64,000 nt of DNA from Candidatus Eiseniibacteriota bacterium (GCA_963744995.1 CAVUWA010000002.1:192001-256000); one strand, 5' to 3'. Shown: positions 35,518 to 44,697, numbered from the stretch's first letter. Translations and numbers: made by a program. Notes: generated by a model not told the origin, from the sequence alone.

Positions 35518-36555
35518 ATGCTCTTGGGGAGATTGCCGAGGGCTTCCTGCCGCGGCTGGCTCGGAGCCACATCGACTGCAGTGTGCTGTCTCTGGGCATT
35601 GGCTTCATGCTCACGTGCCCCCACGTCCCCTGAATTGTCACCGCCTTCACAGCGATGGCCCACCGTGGACTTTCCGGGAGCCTGGAGTCATGACAGTCAG
35701 TACATCGCCTTCCGGCGAGAGTTCGCCAGTCGGGATGGCCCCGCCGGTATCTATCTCGTGCACCGCCTTGGTGGGCCACTTCGGTACGTGGCCCCGGCAC
35801 GGATTTTCTGGCCCCGCAACCTCGTCTTCTCCCCCGATGATCGCTACCTCGCCGGAGTGAGCGATTTGCAGATCATCATCATGGACACCATCACCGGTGC
35901 TGTCGCATCGCCCCTCCCTCAGGCGGCGAATTACCCAACTTGGTCTCCAGATGGCACCCGGATCGCATACGAGAGGCTGCCCACCGCACCGGGAACGCCA
36001 GCCGAATCGACTGGGTTACATCTACTCGACTTGTCCACGGGCAATGAGACGCCGATTCTGCATGACGGCAACGTCGTATCGGGCACGAATTTCACGTGGT
36101 CGTCGGAGGGCGACTGGATTGCGCTCAATCAGTATCTTCCAGGTCCACCCGGGCGCCGGGTGGCTCTCATCAGTCCCGACGGGACAGAACTCAGAAGCGT
36201 GTGGGAGCCTGAGACCCTTACCATCTTCGATCGCCTTGCCTGGTACCACGATGATGTACTTGGCCTGCGGCGACTCATTGTACATATCGCCATAACGTCG
36301 TATCTGGTTGATATCGATTCCAGAAGCATTCACCGGTACCTTGGTCCGAAGGGACTGGGCTTGATCTCTCCGAATGGGCAAGAGATCGTGAAGAGCCTGT
36401 ACGATCCCGTTGATTCTGTGGGTGTATCTGTTCGTCGTTCGTGCGGACGACTCCTCAGGGGCCAGCCTCAGGCAGGTCACACACTGGGAAACCCCTTGAG
36501 TTCGCCTCGGTCGACCCGGGAAGTGGAGTGCCGGCCATCCGTCCAATTGAAGTGA
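35518..36555 (+). CDS. TolB-like/PD40 beta-propeller lipoprotein (3' end probably frameshifted)
   Basis: LASC lipobox; repeats AWSHDS, FSPDDR, PTWSPDGTRIAY, WSSEG, ISPDG and ISPNG. Visibly more A/T-ending codons than the flanks. Confidence 0.75.
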   Translation: MLLGRLPRASCRGWLGATSTAVCCLWALASCSRAPTSPELSPPSQRWPTVDFPGAWSHDSQYIAFRREFASRDGPAGIYLVHRLGGPLRYVAPARIFWPRNLVFSPDDRYLAGVSDLQIIIMDTITGAVASPLPQAANYPTWSPDGTRIAYERLPTAPGTPAESTGLHLLDLSTGNETPILHDGNVVSGTNFTWSSEGDWIALNQYLPGPPGRRVALISPDGTELRSVWEPETLTIFDRLAWYHDDVLGLRRLIVHIAITSYLVDIDSRSIHRYLGPKGLGLISPNGQEIVKSLYDPVDSVGVSVRRSCGRLLRGQPQAGHTLGNPLSSPRSTREVECRPSVQLK

Positions 36556-37223
36556 AGTTGTCTGGTGACGAGGCCCGGGCAAGGTGCAACCGGCAATTGG
36601 TGGGCTCGAGCCTGGCGGTTCTCCTGTCGTTCGCGGCCGGGACGGCCCACGCCCAATCGCCAGCAGCGGGAACAGTCCGGATAGCAGCCAGTGTGCAGCA
36701 GCGGACATTCGACGGCTTGAGTATCCTTGAAGATCGTCCGAGACGGAGGGGTGAAATCGGGGGAGAAGTTGAGATCCAATTCTTTATGATGGACAGACTG
36801 GCGATGGTGGTTGGCGGCCGCCTCGGTGGGACACGATTCCGATTCGCAGGGCCTGGAAGCAGAGGAATGGTTGAGGAGTTGAGTTGGAGTGTGCGTGCTG
36901 GCGTCGATCTCGAAGCTTGGACCACGGATCGATGGGAGGCTGCGATCGGGGGTGGATTCGTCTATGGGGAGGCGAGATCTTGGCTGCACACGACATCGAC
37001 GGGAAGAGAGGGGCCCCGCAATTTCCTGCCCGGAGCTGAGCTAAGGATTCGAGCAACCTGTGTGTTGACCGGCAACCTGAGATTGGCCGCGACTATGCAA
37101 CAAGGGCTGTACCTTGCGAGAGCCAGGGTCTCCGAACTCGAGAATCACTTCGATTGGCTGAGCAGCTCGTTCGCATCGTCGATCGGAGCGTCGTGGACCT
37201 TGTTCGGTGGTCAGGGAGACTGA
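36552..37223 (+). CDS. Putative outer-membrane beta-barrel protein
   Basis: Signal peptide ending AHA-Q, amphipathic beta-strands and a C-terminal SIGASWTLF. Lower GC than the flanks. Confidence 0.55.
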   Translation: MKLSGDEARARCNRQLVGSSLAVLLSFAAGTAHAQSPAAGTVRIAASVQQRTFDGLSILEDRPRRRGEIGGEVEIQFFMMDRLAMVVGGRLGGTRFRFAGPGSRGMVEELSWSVRAGVDLEAWTTDRWEAAIGGGFVYGEARSWLHTTSTGREGPRNFLPGAELRIRATCVLTGNLRLAATMQQGLYLARARVSELENHFDWLSSSFASSIGASWTLFGGQGD

Positions 37224-37247
37224 ACGGGCGCGTGAACGTCCGCGACG

Positions 37248-37440
37248 CGGCACCGCGGACGACAACGTGTACTTCATGCACAGCGCGAAGATCGCCGACG
37301 CGCTGTTCCGCGCCGGGAAGGCCTTCGACTTCCTGCCGCTGTCGCAGTTCACGCACATGGTCGTCGACGTCGAGGCCCGCACGCGGATGTACGAGCGGAT
37401 GCGCGCGTTCCTGGAAGCGAACCTGAAAGCGGCGCCGTGA
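37248..37440 (+). pseudogene. Orphan 3' fragment of the S9 peptidase
   Basis: GTADDNVYFMHSAKIADALFRAG...NLKAAP is identical in protein to the end of 32795-35054 but has no upstream part. Confidence 0.9.
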
Positions 37441-37792
37441 ACTCCGGGATCCGCAAGATCCACGTGAAGACCGAGGAAGAGCTGTGGCTCGTCACCCAGC
37501 GCAATGTTCCGCTCTGGGACATCCTGGACTTCTTCCCGAGCGACGCGATCGGCCCGCGCGGGCCGAAGGACGAGCCGCGGCCCTATGACGTCCGGCCCGT
37601 GACCATCGAAACCGACCTGGGCTTCACGTTCGAGACCGACATTCAGTACGGCAGCTGGATCTTTCGCCCGCGCTCGCCGAAGCAGCCCGGGATGATGAAG
37701 TGGTGCAGGGAGCGCGGCATCGAGGTGGGCGACGCGCTGGTGTTCGAGCAGACGGGCGAGCGGCGATTTCGGTTGACGCTGGAAAAGGGCGG
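37248..37792 (+). repeat. 545-bp direct repeat, copy 2
   Basis: Ungapped match to 34862-35406. Confidence 0.95.
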
Positions 37793-37805
37793 CGCTGCGG
37801 CGTGA
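37437..37805 (+). CDS. Hypothetical 122-aa protein, copy 2
   Basis: Four internal amino-acid differences from copy 1 and a different tail (GGAAA vs GGR). Confidence 0.75.
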   Translation: MNSGIRKIHVKTEEELWLVTQRNVPLWDILDFFPSDAIGPRGPKDEPRPYDVRPVTIETDLGFTFETDIQYGSWIFRPRSPKQPGMMKWCRERGIEVGDALVFEQTGERRFRLTLEKGGAAA

Positions 37806-37838
37806 GCCCGGCGCCGTCGAACTTCGCCTGAGGGGCGC

Positions 37839-38378
37839 ATGGGTCCCCGGGATGCGGAAGCCCTGCTCGAACCGGCCGTCCGGGCGCACCCCGGCACGTG
37901 GGCCGACCTCGGCTGCGGCGACGGGACGTTCACGCGAGCGCTCGCGCGACGGCTCGGAAACGGCAGCCTGATCTTCGCCGTCGATCGCGATGAGCGCGCG
38001 ATCCGATCCATGGAGCGCCGCGTCGCGATGGAGCCCGCGCGCGTGGTTCCAGTCGTCGCGGACTTCACGCAGGCGTTCGAGCTGCCCGGGCTGGAACAGC
38101 CGCGGCTCGATGGCCTGCTGATGGCCAACGCGCTGCACTACGTGGAAGGCGCTGCCGGCACGCTTGCGACGCTCGCTGCATGGCTGCGCCCGGGTGGTCG
38201 TGTCGTGCTGATCGAATACGACGGGCGTCGCCCGAGTCGCTGGGTGCCGTACCCGATCGGGGCGGCGGAATGGCCCGTGCTGGCCGCAACTGCGGGGCTC
38301 ACGGCGCCGGCGATCGTGGCGCGGCGGGCGTCCGAGTACGGCGGCGAGATCTACGCGGCCATCGCCGATCGGCCGTAA
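37839..38378 (+). CDS. Class I SAM-dependent methyltransferase
   Basis: WADLGCGDG, AVDRD, ADF, MANALHY and LRPGG. Confidence 0.88.
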   Translation: MGPRDAEALLEPAVRAHPGTWADLGCGDGTFTRALARRLGNGSLIFAVDRDERAIRSMERRVAMEPARVVPVVADFTQAFELPGLEQPRLDGLLMANALHYVEGAAGTLATLAAWLRPGGRVVLIEYDGRRPSRWVPYPIGAAEWPVLAATAGLTAPAIVARRASEYGGEIYAAIADRP

Positions 38379-38393
38379 TCGCAGGCCGCCGCA

Positions 38394-39410
38394 TCAACGG
38401 GGTGGCGGCATGCCCCGATCGCCCCACCGTGCTCCACCCGCCGCGCGCATGGCCTTGCGATACAGCACGTACTTGCGGAGCACGCTCATCCCCGCGTGCT
38501 CGTAGAGCTGCGTCGCCCCAGTCGCGTTTCCGGAGTCCACGGTGAGCCGCACGTGCGGCTGGCCGTGCTTCCAGAACGCTGCGAACGTCGCGTCGAGCAG
38601 CGCGCGGCCGAGCTTCCTCCCGCGCCAGTCCCTGCGCACGCCGAGCTCGTCCACCCAGCCGGCGTCCTCGTAGAGCAGATTGCACGACGCACCGACCGGG
38701 GTGTCGCCGTGCCACGCGAGAAGCCAGAGATCGGGCACGTAGAAGTCGTAGCCCGCATGGCGCCTGACCCAGTCCTCTTTCTCGAGCGGCGTGAAGCGGT
38801 AGTGATCGCGGAACGCGTCGCTCAGGACGTCGTAGAAGCGGCCTTCGTCTTCGCCACGGCGACACGAGCGGATCTCGATGCCGGCGGGCGGCGGCGTGAT
38901 TTGCGCCGGTGCGGTCTCCAGATCCACGCCCATCCGGAAATACCAGCGGCACGCCTCGAAGCCGTGCTGCGCGTAGCGCTGCAGGCGCTCGGTCTCGACG
39001 GCGTCGGCATGCAAGTGCATCCATGTGTCTTCGCCGCCCGGACCCCGGGCGAAGTCATTCAGCATGCGTCGTTCGAGCTCCCGGATCACCAGCGCTTCGA
39101 GGTCGGCGTCCGCGGCGGCGGGGAGGAGGCTGTAGTCGCCGTCGTATTCGGCGAACGGCTTTCGCGACCTGAAATTCGCATAGGCCACGATGGCGTCGCC
39201 GCGGGTCACGATGAACGCGTGCCGCGCGGGATCGAAGCCCTCGAGACCCCACTCGGCTTCGAGATCGGTTTGCGAGAAGTCCGGCTCGCCCGAGACGCGG
39301 ATGTTCGCGGCCTGGATCAGCGCCGTGATCTCGGCGATGTCGGCGGCGGAGGGCGCGCGCAGTCCGTTTCCGGACAGCAACGATCTGTGATTGGCGTGGG
39401 AGTCTTTCAT
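38394..39410 (-). CDS. Tandem GNAT acetyltransferase
   Basis: LGVRRDWRGRKLGRALL, LTVDSGNATGATQLYEHAGM; a degenerate N-terminal GNAT domain. Confidence 0.85.
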   Translation of the reverse strand: MKDSHANHRSLLSGNGLRAPSAADIAEITALIQAANIRVSGEPDFSQTDLEAEWGLEGFDPARHAFIVTRGDAIVAYANFRSRKPFAEYDGDYSLLPAAADADLEALVIRELERRMLNDFARGPGGEDTWMHLHADAVETERLQRYAQHGFEACRWYFRMGVDLETAPAQITPPPAGIEIRSCRRGEDEGRFYDVLSDAFRDHYRFTPLEKEDWVRRHAGYDFYVPDLWLLAWHGDTPVGASCNLLYEDAGWVDELGVRRDWRGRKLGRALLDATFAAFWKHGQPHVRLTVDSGNATGATQLYEHAGMSVLRKYVLYRKAMRAAGGARWGDRGMPPPR

Positions 39411-39867
39411 GATGGCTTTCGCGGCATGAGGCCGGCGTTGGATACGAGTCGGATGGCAGGCGCAAGTGCCTGCGGGTCGCATTCTCGACCGAAGCCGCGG
39501 GAGGTGTCCAGACGGGGCTGGATCGTGTTCGGGGATGGGCGCGAAAGTGCCGCGCTGCTGCGTCGGGTGGTTGCGCCCGCGCCGCAGCGCGTCCTGGAAT
39601 GCGCGTCGCTCCGCCCATGAGCAGCGGAGCTCGATCATTTCTTCGTTGACACGGTTTGGACTGTCCATTGCGCGAGTTCGAGGATGCGTTGCTGGCGTCG
39701 CGTCACGGCACGCGAGTCGCGCGCTGTCGCGCTTGCGCGTGCGGCTTTGAAATTCGTGTGCTCCCGGAGCGCGTTGTGCGCGCTGAGTTGATCCTCGGGC
39801 GCCGAAATCGCGTGTGATATGAAAGAGACGCGCCCCCGCGTGACCCGCCCCCGCGGATGAACGCGAG

Positions 39868-41172
39868 ATGAACCCATTCCTGCTGCCGCACCTGGGTGAC
39901 CGTGCCCTGCGCTCCGGCCTGGTCGCCGCCGTTCCGAAGTTCCGCCTCGCCTCCGCCACCGCGATCGCTCACCTGGCCGAGTTCGATGCCCGCAAGCTGT
40001 ACGTGCCAGAAGGCTATCCCTCGATGTCGGCGTTCTGCACCGGCGAGCTGGGGCTCACCGAACAGGTCGCGAACAAGCTGATCCGGGTGGCGCGCACGGC
40101 GCTGCGCTTCCCCGAGATCTTCCCGGCGCTCGCCGACGGGCGGCTGAACCCGAGCGCCGTGATCCTGCTCGCACCGTGGCTCACGAACGAGAACGCCCGG
40201 GAGCTGCTGGCGGCGGCGACGCGGAAGAGCAACGAGGCGATCCGCGAGCTGCTGGCCGACCGGACGCCGAAGCTGGACGTGCCGTTCAGCCTCGAAGCCC
40301 GGCCGGGGCCCGCTCAGGTGTCTGCGCAGACACCTGAAGCGCCGGGCGAGGTGTCTGTACGGACACCTCCGGATCCGGCGAAGTCAGCCGAGGTGTCTGT
40401 ACGGACACCTCCACCCGCCCGCTGGCCGAAGTTCGCAGCCCTCGGCGGCGAACGCTGGGAGGCGCGTTTCACCATGGGACAGGCGACGCACGAGGCGATG
40501 CGCTACTTCGAGCAGATGCTGGGGCGGAAGATCACGTCAGAAGAGATCGATCAGGCGCTGCTTCGTGGCCTCGAGGCGATGGCGGCAGCGATCGAGCAGC
40601 GCCGCTTCGCTGCGACCGACCGGCCGCGCAAGCAGCGCAGGACTGCAAAGGGCCGCCACATTCCGGCGGCGGTGAAGCGCGAAGTGCGCGAGCGCGACGG
40701 CGATCGCTGCACATTCGTCGCCGAATCCGGCCATCGTTGCGAAGCTCGCGGCATGCTCGAGTTCGATCACATCGAGCCGGTGGCGCGCGTTGGGAAGTCG
40801 ATCGTCGAAAACCTGCGGCTGCGCTGCCGGGCGCACAATCAGTACGAAGCCGAGCGGGCGTTCGGAGCGGGGTTCATGCACGAGAAGCGCGAGCGGGCGG
40901 GAGAGTCGGCGAGGCGGCAAGGCGCCCGGACGGCTGCCCCGAAGCGAAAGGCCGACGTCGAGGCGACGCCTGCCGCCATGTCGAACGACGACGTCATCCC
41001 ATGGCTCCGGAAGCTCGGGTTTCGCGCGGACGAGGCGCGGCGCGCGGCCGCCCGTTGCGACCGCCTGGCGCCGCTCGAGAGCCGGGTTCGCGCGGCACTG
41101 TCATTCCTCGCACCGCCCGCCCGGGTGGGACGTGTCGCGGAGCGCGCGGCTCCGCCTACAGGTGCTGCGTAA
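39868..41172 (+). CDS. HNH endonuclease with a DUF222-like N-terminal domain
   Basis: HLAEFDARKLY..GYPSM.AFC..ELG N-terminus; RHIPAAVKREVRERDGDRC...C...LEFDH...NLRLRCRAHN HNH domain; helical tail (LRKLGFRADEA). Confidence 0.88.
   Translation: MNPFLLPHLGDRALRSGLVAAVPKFRLASATAIAHLAEFDARKLYVPEGYPSMSAFCTGELGLTEQVANKLIRVARTALRFPEIFPALADGRLNPSAVILLAPWLTNENARELLAAATRKSNEAIRELLADRTPKLDVPFSLEARPGPAQVSAQTPEAPGEVSVRTPPDPAKSAEVSVRTPPPARWPKFAALGGERWEARFTMGQATHEAMRYFEQMLGRKITSEEIDQALLRGLEAMAAAIEQRRFAATDRPRKQRRTAKGRHIPAAVKREVRERDGDRCTFVAESGHRCEARGMLEFDHIEPVARVGKSIVENLRLRCRAHNQYEAERAFGAGFMHEKRERAGESARRQGARTAAPKRKADVEATPAAMSNDDVIPWLRKLGFRADEARRAAARCDRLAPLESRVRAALSFLAPPARVGRVAERAAPPTGAA
40314..40411. repeat. 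Three palindromic repeats inside the HNH gene
   Basis: 40314-40337 TCAGGTGTCTGCGCAGACACCTGA (perfect palindrome); 40348-40369 and 40390-40411 GAGGTGTCTGTACGGACACCTC. Confidence 0.9.
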
Positions 41173-41371
41173 TCTCTTCCAGCTCAGGGAAACGGTGTTC
41201 CTGTTTCTTTGAGAACACGAGTTTCCCGTCAACGACGACCTCGAACTGCCCGCCGCGCCCCGGGTGGAGGACCGCGTCGATGCCGTGCGTCGCCTTCAGC
41301 TCAGCCGCCAGACTGGTGGCCTTGGGAAGATAGTTTCACTGAACGCAGTAGGTGATCTCGAGCTTCGACAT
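41156..41371 (-). CDS. Rdx family (SelW/SelT/SelH-like) selenoprotein, 71 aa, Sec at codon 12
   Basis: GGAGG RBS, then MSKLEITYCVQ-TGA-NYLPKATSLAAELKATHGIDAVLHPGRGGQFEVVVDGKLVFSKKQEHRFPELEEITQHL. CxxU, GxFEV and FSK...RFP are Rdx signatures. Confidence 0.92.
41303..41321 (-). promoter_or_regulatory. Putative bacterial SECIS hairpin
   Basis: GGCC-A-CCA[GUC]UGG-C-GGCU; the G-initiated loop begins after 22 nt following the UGA. Confidence 0.65.
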
Positions 41372-41644
41372 GGGGCCTCCGGAAGAGGGGGAAGGTGCCG
41401 TGCAGCGACATGCGTAGCAGACCGTGGCGCATCGTCCAAACGTGCGCCACGTTTGCGTGCCTGATTGCGATTCTTTGGGATGCAGGATTCGGCGTCGCGT
41501 CGCAGGGCGATTGGCATTGAGGCGCGACGCCCGGGTGGGGCGGCGGGCTGCGCGGGCGCGGCCCGGCCTGCCCGCGTGACGCCGGGGCCGTGGCCCGGCC
41601 CGTGACTGGCGCCCCGTGCACAAACTCGGCATGCTGCCCGGCTC

Positions 41645-43060
41645 ATGTCGGATTTCACCCCGAATCAGGTCCCCGGCACCACGGCCCCGGCGGCGCTGCA
41701 GCGCCCGGCCCGGGACGACTTCGCCCGCCTGATCCGGCTGGCGATCCCGGTGGTGGTCGTGCAGGTCGGGATGATGCTCATGGGCGTCGTGGACGTGATC
41801 ATGGTCGGGCACTACTCGGCCGTGGATCTGGCGGCGACGGCGCTCGGAAACATCTTCGTGTTCGGGGTCGCCGGTTTTTCGCTGGGCGTGCTCATGGCGC
41901 TCGATCCACTGGTGTCGCAGGCGGTGGGTGCGAACGACCAGGTCGCGATCGCACGCACGGTGCAGCGCGGCATGCTGATCGCAGGAATCCTGTCGGTGCC
42001 GACGATGCTGATGCTGCTGGTCGTCGGCCCGCTGCTCGGCTGGCTCGATCAGCCGGCCGAAATCGTGCCGCTCGCGACGGGTTACCTGATGGTGAACGCG
42101 CCCGGCATTCCGGCGTTCCTGGCGTTCGTGGTGTTGCGCCAGAGCCTGCAGGCGATGGGAAGGCTGCGGCCGGTCGTGGTGACCATCGTGATCGCCAACC
42201 TGCTGAACGTCCTGCTCAACTGGATCTTCGTGTTCGGCCGCATGGGCGTGCCGACCCACGGCAGCTTCGGCGCCGGCCTCGCGACCACGATCTCGCGCTT
42301 CGCGCTGGTGCTGACGGCGCTGTGGCTCTCATGGGGCGTGTTCCGGCCGCTGCTCGTGCCGCGCCGCCGGCAGGCGTTCATGCGCGAGCCGCTGCTGCGC
42401 ACGATGCGCATCGGCCTGCCGATCGGCGGACAGCTGCTGCTCGAGATGGGCGCGTTCTCGATCATCGCGCTGCTGATGGGCCGGCTCGGCACGGTGCCGA
42501 TGGCCGCCCATCAGGTGGCGATCAACATCGCTTCGGCGGCGTTCATGGTGCCGGTCGGCGTGTCGAGCTCGGTGTCGGTGCTGGTCGGTCACGCGGTGGG
42601 GGCGGGCGATCCGCAGCGCGCGCGCCGCGCCGCGAGCGCCGGCCTCGTGACCGGCGCAGGCTTCATGCTGCTCAGCGCCTCGCTGTTCATCGGCGCCCCG
42701 GGGCTGCTCGCGCAACTGTACACGTCCGACGTCGCCGTGGCCGCCGTGGCGATGACCCTGATCCCCATCGCCGGCGTGTTCCAGGTGTTCGACGGGCTGC
42801 AGGTCGTTTCGATCGGCATCCTGCGCGGCGTGGGCGACACCCGGGCGCCGATGGTGATCAACGTCCTCGGTTTCTGGCTGCTCGGTTTCCCGGCGAGCCT
42901 CGTGCTGTGCTTCCGGCTCGGTCTCGGTGCGCAGGGCCTGTGGTGGGGGCTGGTGGTCGGGCTCCTCGCCGTGGCGCTGCTGCTGCTCGCGCGTGTGCGT
43001 GCGCGGCTGGGACGCGATCTTCGGCGCCTGATCGTGGAAGAAGAGCATGTGCACGCATGA
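41645..43060 (+). CDS. MATE family efflux transporter (NorM-like)
   Basis: About 12 TM; LAIPVV, DVIMVGHYS..DLAA, AAHQVAIN, FQVFDGLQ and GILRGVGDTR. Confidence 0.92.
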   Translation: MSDFTPNQVPGTTAPAALQRPARDDFARLIRLAIPVVVVQVGMMLMGVVDVIMVGHYSAVDLAATALGNIFVFGVAGFSLGVLMALDPLVSQAVGANDQVAIARTVQRGMLIAGILSVPTMLMLLVVGPLLGWLDQPAEIVPLATGYLMVNAPGIPAFLAFVVLRQSLQAMGRLRPVVVTIVIANLLNVLLNWIFVFGRMGVPTHGSFGAGLATTISRFALVLTALWLSWGVFRPLLVPRRRQAFMREPLLRTMRIGLPIGGQLLLEMGAFSIIALLMGRLGTVPMAAHQVAINIASAAFMVPVGVSSSVSVLVGHAVGAGDPQRARRAASAGLVTGAGFMLLSASLFIGAPGLLAQLYTSDVAVAAVAMTLIPIAGVFQVFDGLQVVSIGILRGVGDTRAPMVINVLGFWLLGFPASLVLCFRLGLGAQGLWWGLVVGLLAVALLLLARVRARLGRDLRRLIVEEEHVHA

Positions 43061-43211
43061 GCGTGAACTGCGGCGTCGCAAGTGCCGATGATTCCCGTGC
43101 GGGACGGCGGCGGGCGAACGGCCGCCGGCGTGCCGGACCGCCGCGTCCCGCGCCGGCGCACGGGCCGGCCGCTTTGACCCCGGACCCGAACACAGGCAAT
43201 TTCCAGATCTC

Positions 43212-44186
43212 ATGACACCCCGCGTGATCTCCCACGAAGAACGCCTGCGCAAGGCGCTCGGCAACGGACTCCTGACCCGCGAGCCGATGCGGCACCACAC
43301 CACCATCCGCATCGGCGGACCGGCGGACTTCTACTTCGCCGCGCGCACCCCGGATCAGATGGTGGTCGCGCTCACCACCGCGCACGAGCTCGGCATACCG
43401 GTCATGCTGATCGGCGGCGGCAGCAACCTGCTGGTCTCGGACGACGGCTTCCGCGGCCTCGTGCTCAGGAACGCCGCCGACCGGATCGAGTTCGACGGCA
43501 GCGCCGCGCACGTGGAGTGCGGGGCGGACTTCCTGGATCTGATCTATCAGTGCAGGGACCGCGGGCTCGCAGGGCTCGAATTCGCTGCGGGCATCCCGGG
43601 CTCGGTGGGCGGTGCGCTCTACGGCAATGCCGGCTGCTACGGGCAGGACATCGGCAGCGTGACGATCGAGGCCACGGTCTGCGATACGGACGGGTCGAAC
43701 GTCGTCACGCATCCGGCGGCCTGGTTCCAGTTCGAATACCGCGACTCGAGACTCAAGCGCGAGCCGAAGGTCCTGCTCTCCTGCATGCTGCAGTTCAAGC
43801 CCGGCGACACCACCGAGATCCAGAGAGTCATCGACGAGAAACTGGAGATCCGGCGCGTCAAGCATCCGCAGTGGCGCATCGAGCCCACCGCCGGCTCCTA
43901 CTTCATGAACCTGCCGCCCGACTGGCAGCGCGAGGGCGGCAAGCTCTCGCCCGGCACGCGTCGCGTCGCCGCCGGCCAGCTGCTCGACGAGGTCGGCTGC
44001 CGCGGGCTGCGCGTCGGCGACGCAATGGTGTTCGAGAAGCACGCCAACATCATCGTCAACGCCGGGCACGCCACTGCGCGCGACGTGCTAGAACTGGCCG
44101 GGATGATGAAATCGCGGGTGCGCGAAAGATTCGGCGTCGAGCTCCAGGAAGAGGTGATGTTCGTCGGGGAGCGGCCGAAGCTCTGA
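43212..44186 (+). CDS. murB: UDP-N-acetylenolpyruvoylglucosamine reductase
   Basis: HTTIRIGGPA, GGGSNLLVSD, GLEFAAGIPGSVGGA..GNAG, YRDS, AGSYF.N and HANIIVN. Confidence 0.95.
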   Translation: MTPRVISHEERLRKALGNGLLTREPMRHHTTIRIGGPADFYFAARTPDQMVVALTTAHELGIPVMLIGGGSNLLVSDDGFRGLVLRNAADRIEFDGSAAHVECGADFLDLIYQCRDRGLAGLEFAAGIPGSVGGALYGNAGCYGQDIGSVTIEATVCDTDGSNVVTHPAAWFQFEYRDSRLKREPKVLLSCMLQFKPGDTTEIQRVIDEKLEIRRVKHPQWRIEPTAGSYFMNLPPDWQREGGKLSPGTRRVAAGQLLDEVGCRGLRVGDAMVFEKHANIIVNAGHATARDVLELAGMMKSRVRERFGVELQEEVMFVGERPKL

Positions 44187-44243
44187 CACCGGGCAGGCTC
44201 CCCGGATCGAACGGCCGGCGCTGCGGCCGTGCCGCCGGCGAAA

Positions 44244-44471
44244 CTACGCGCTTCCCGCTCCGCCGTTCCCGCTCCGGCGCCGCCGCGCGATCACGCTCAT
44301 GAGCAGGCTGCCGATCGACAGGCCGTAGAACAGCCCGCCGAGTCCGTCGGCGACGTCCACCGACAGCCCCATGCGGGCTCCGTAGTGCAGCGTCAGCGCG
44401 CCGAGCGCCAGCGCCGCCATGCCCACCTGCATGAGCAGCTTCGGATTCCTTGCCTGCGCGCGGAACAGCAT
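44244..44471 (-). CDS. Small two-TM membrane protein
   Basis: GGAGG RBS; MLFRAQARNPKLLMQVGMAALALG...DGLGGLFYGLSIGSLL. Confidence 0.6.
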   Translation of the reverse strand: MLFRAQARNPKLLMQVGMAALALGALTLHYGARMGLSVDVADGLGGLFYGLSIGSLLMSVIARRRRSGNGGAGSA

Positions 44472-44485
44472 CGTGTCCTCCCGTT

Positions 44486-44695
44486 TCAGTCGGTGAAGTG
44501 ATACCAGGCCATGAGCGCGACCTTCACCACCGCCATCGTGACGCCGACCGCGAGCAGCTCCAGCCGCCAGACGTGGTCGGCGACGACGTGGTACATGAAC
44601 AGGCCCATGGCGACGAGACCGCCCGCTATCCCGGCGACGCTCGAGGAGCGCAGCCGGTGGGCGAGGAAGCGTTCGTCGATCTGCCGGAGCGGCAT
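44486..44695 (-). CDS. Small two-TM membrane protein (DUF2178-like)
   Basis: MPLRQIDERFLAHRLRSS followed by two TM helices; the DER motif is common in genes beside COG1476 regulators. Confidence 0.65.
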   Translation of the reverse strand: MPLRQIDERFLAHRLRSSSVAGIAGGLVAMGLFMYHVVADHVWRLELLAVGVTMAVVKVALMAWYHFTD

Positions 44696-44697
44696 GC

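Noticed and set aside
34862..37792. Diversity-generating retroelement template/variable repeat pair
   Set aside because: Mismatches are mostly C/G and C/T at third codon positions rather than adenine-specific, and there is no reverse transcriptase in the window.
34862..37792. Simple assembly duplication of identical sequence
   Set aside because: The copies differ by codon-structured substitutions with no indels, unlike the indel-type errors elsewhere. A two-strain chimera is still possible.
40314..40411. CRISPR array
   Set aside because: Only three units, with spacers of 10 and 20 nt, in frame inside a gene, and no cas genes or leader in the window.
39868..41172. IscB/Cas9-like RNA-guided nuclease
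   Set aside because: No PLMP or RuvC motifs are visible; only a DUF222-like region and an HNH domain.
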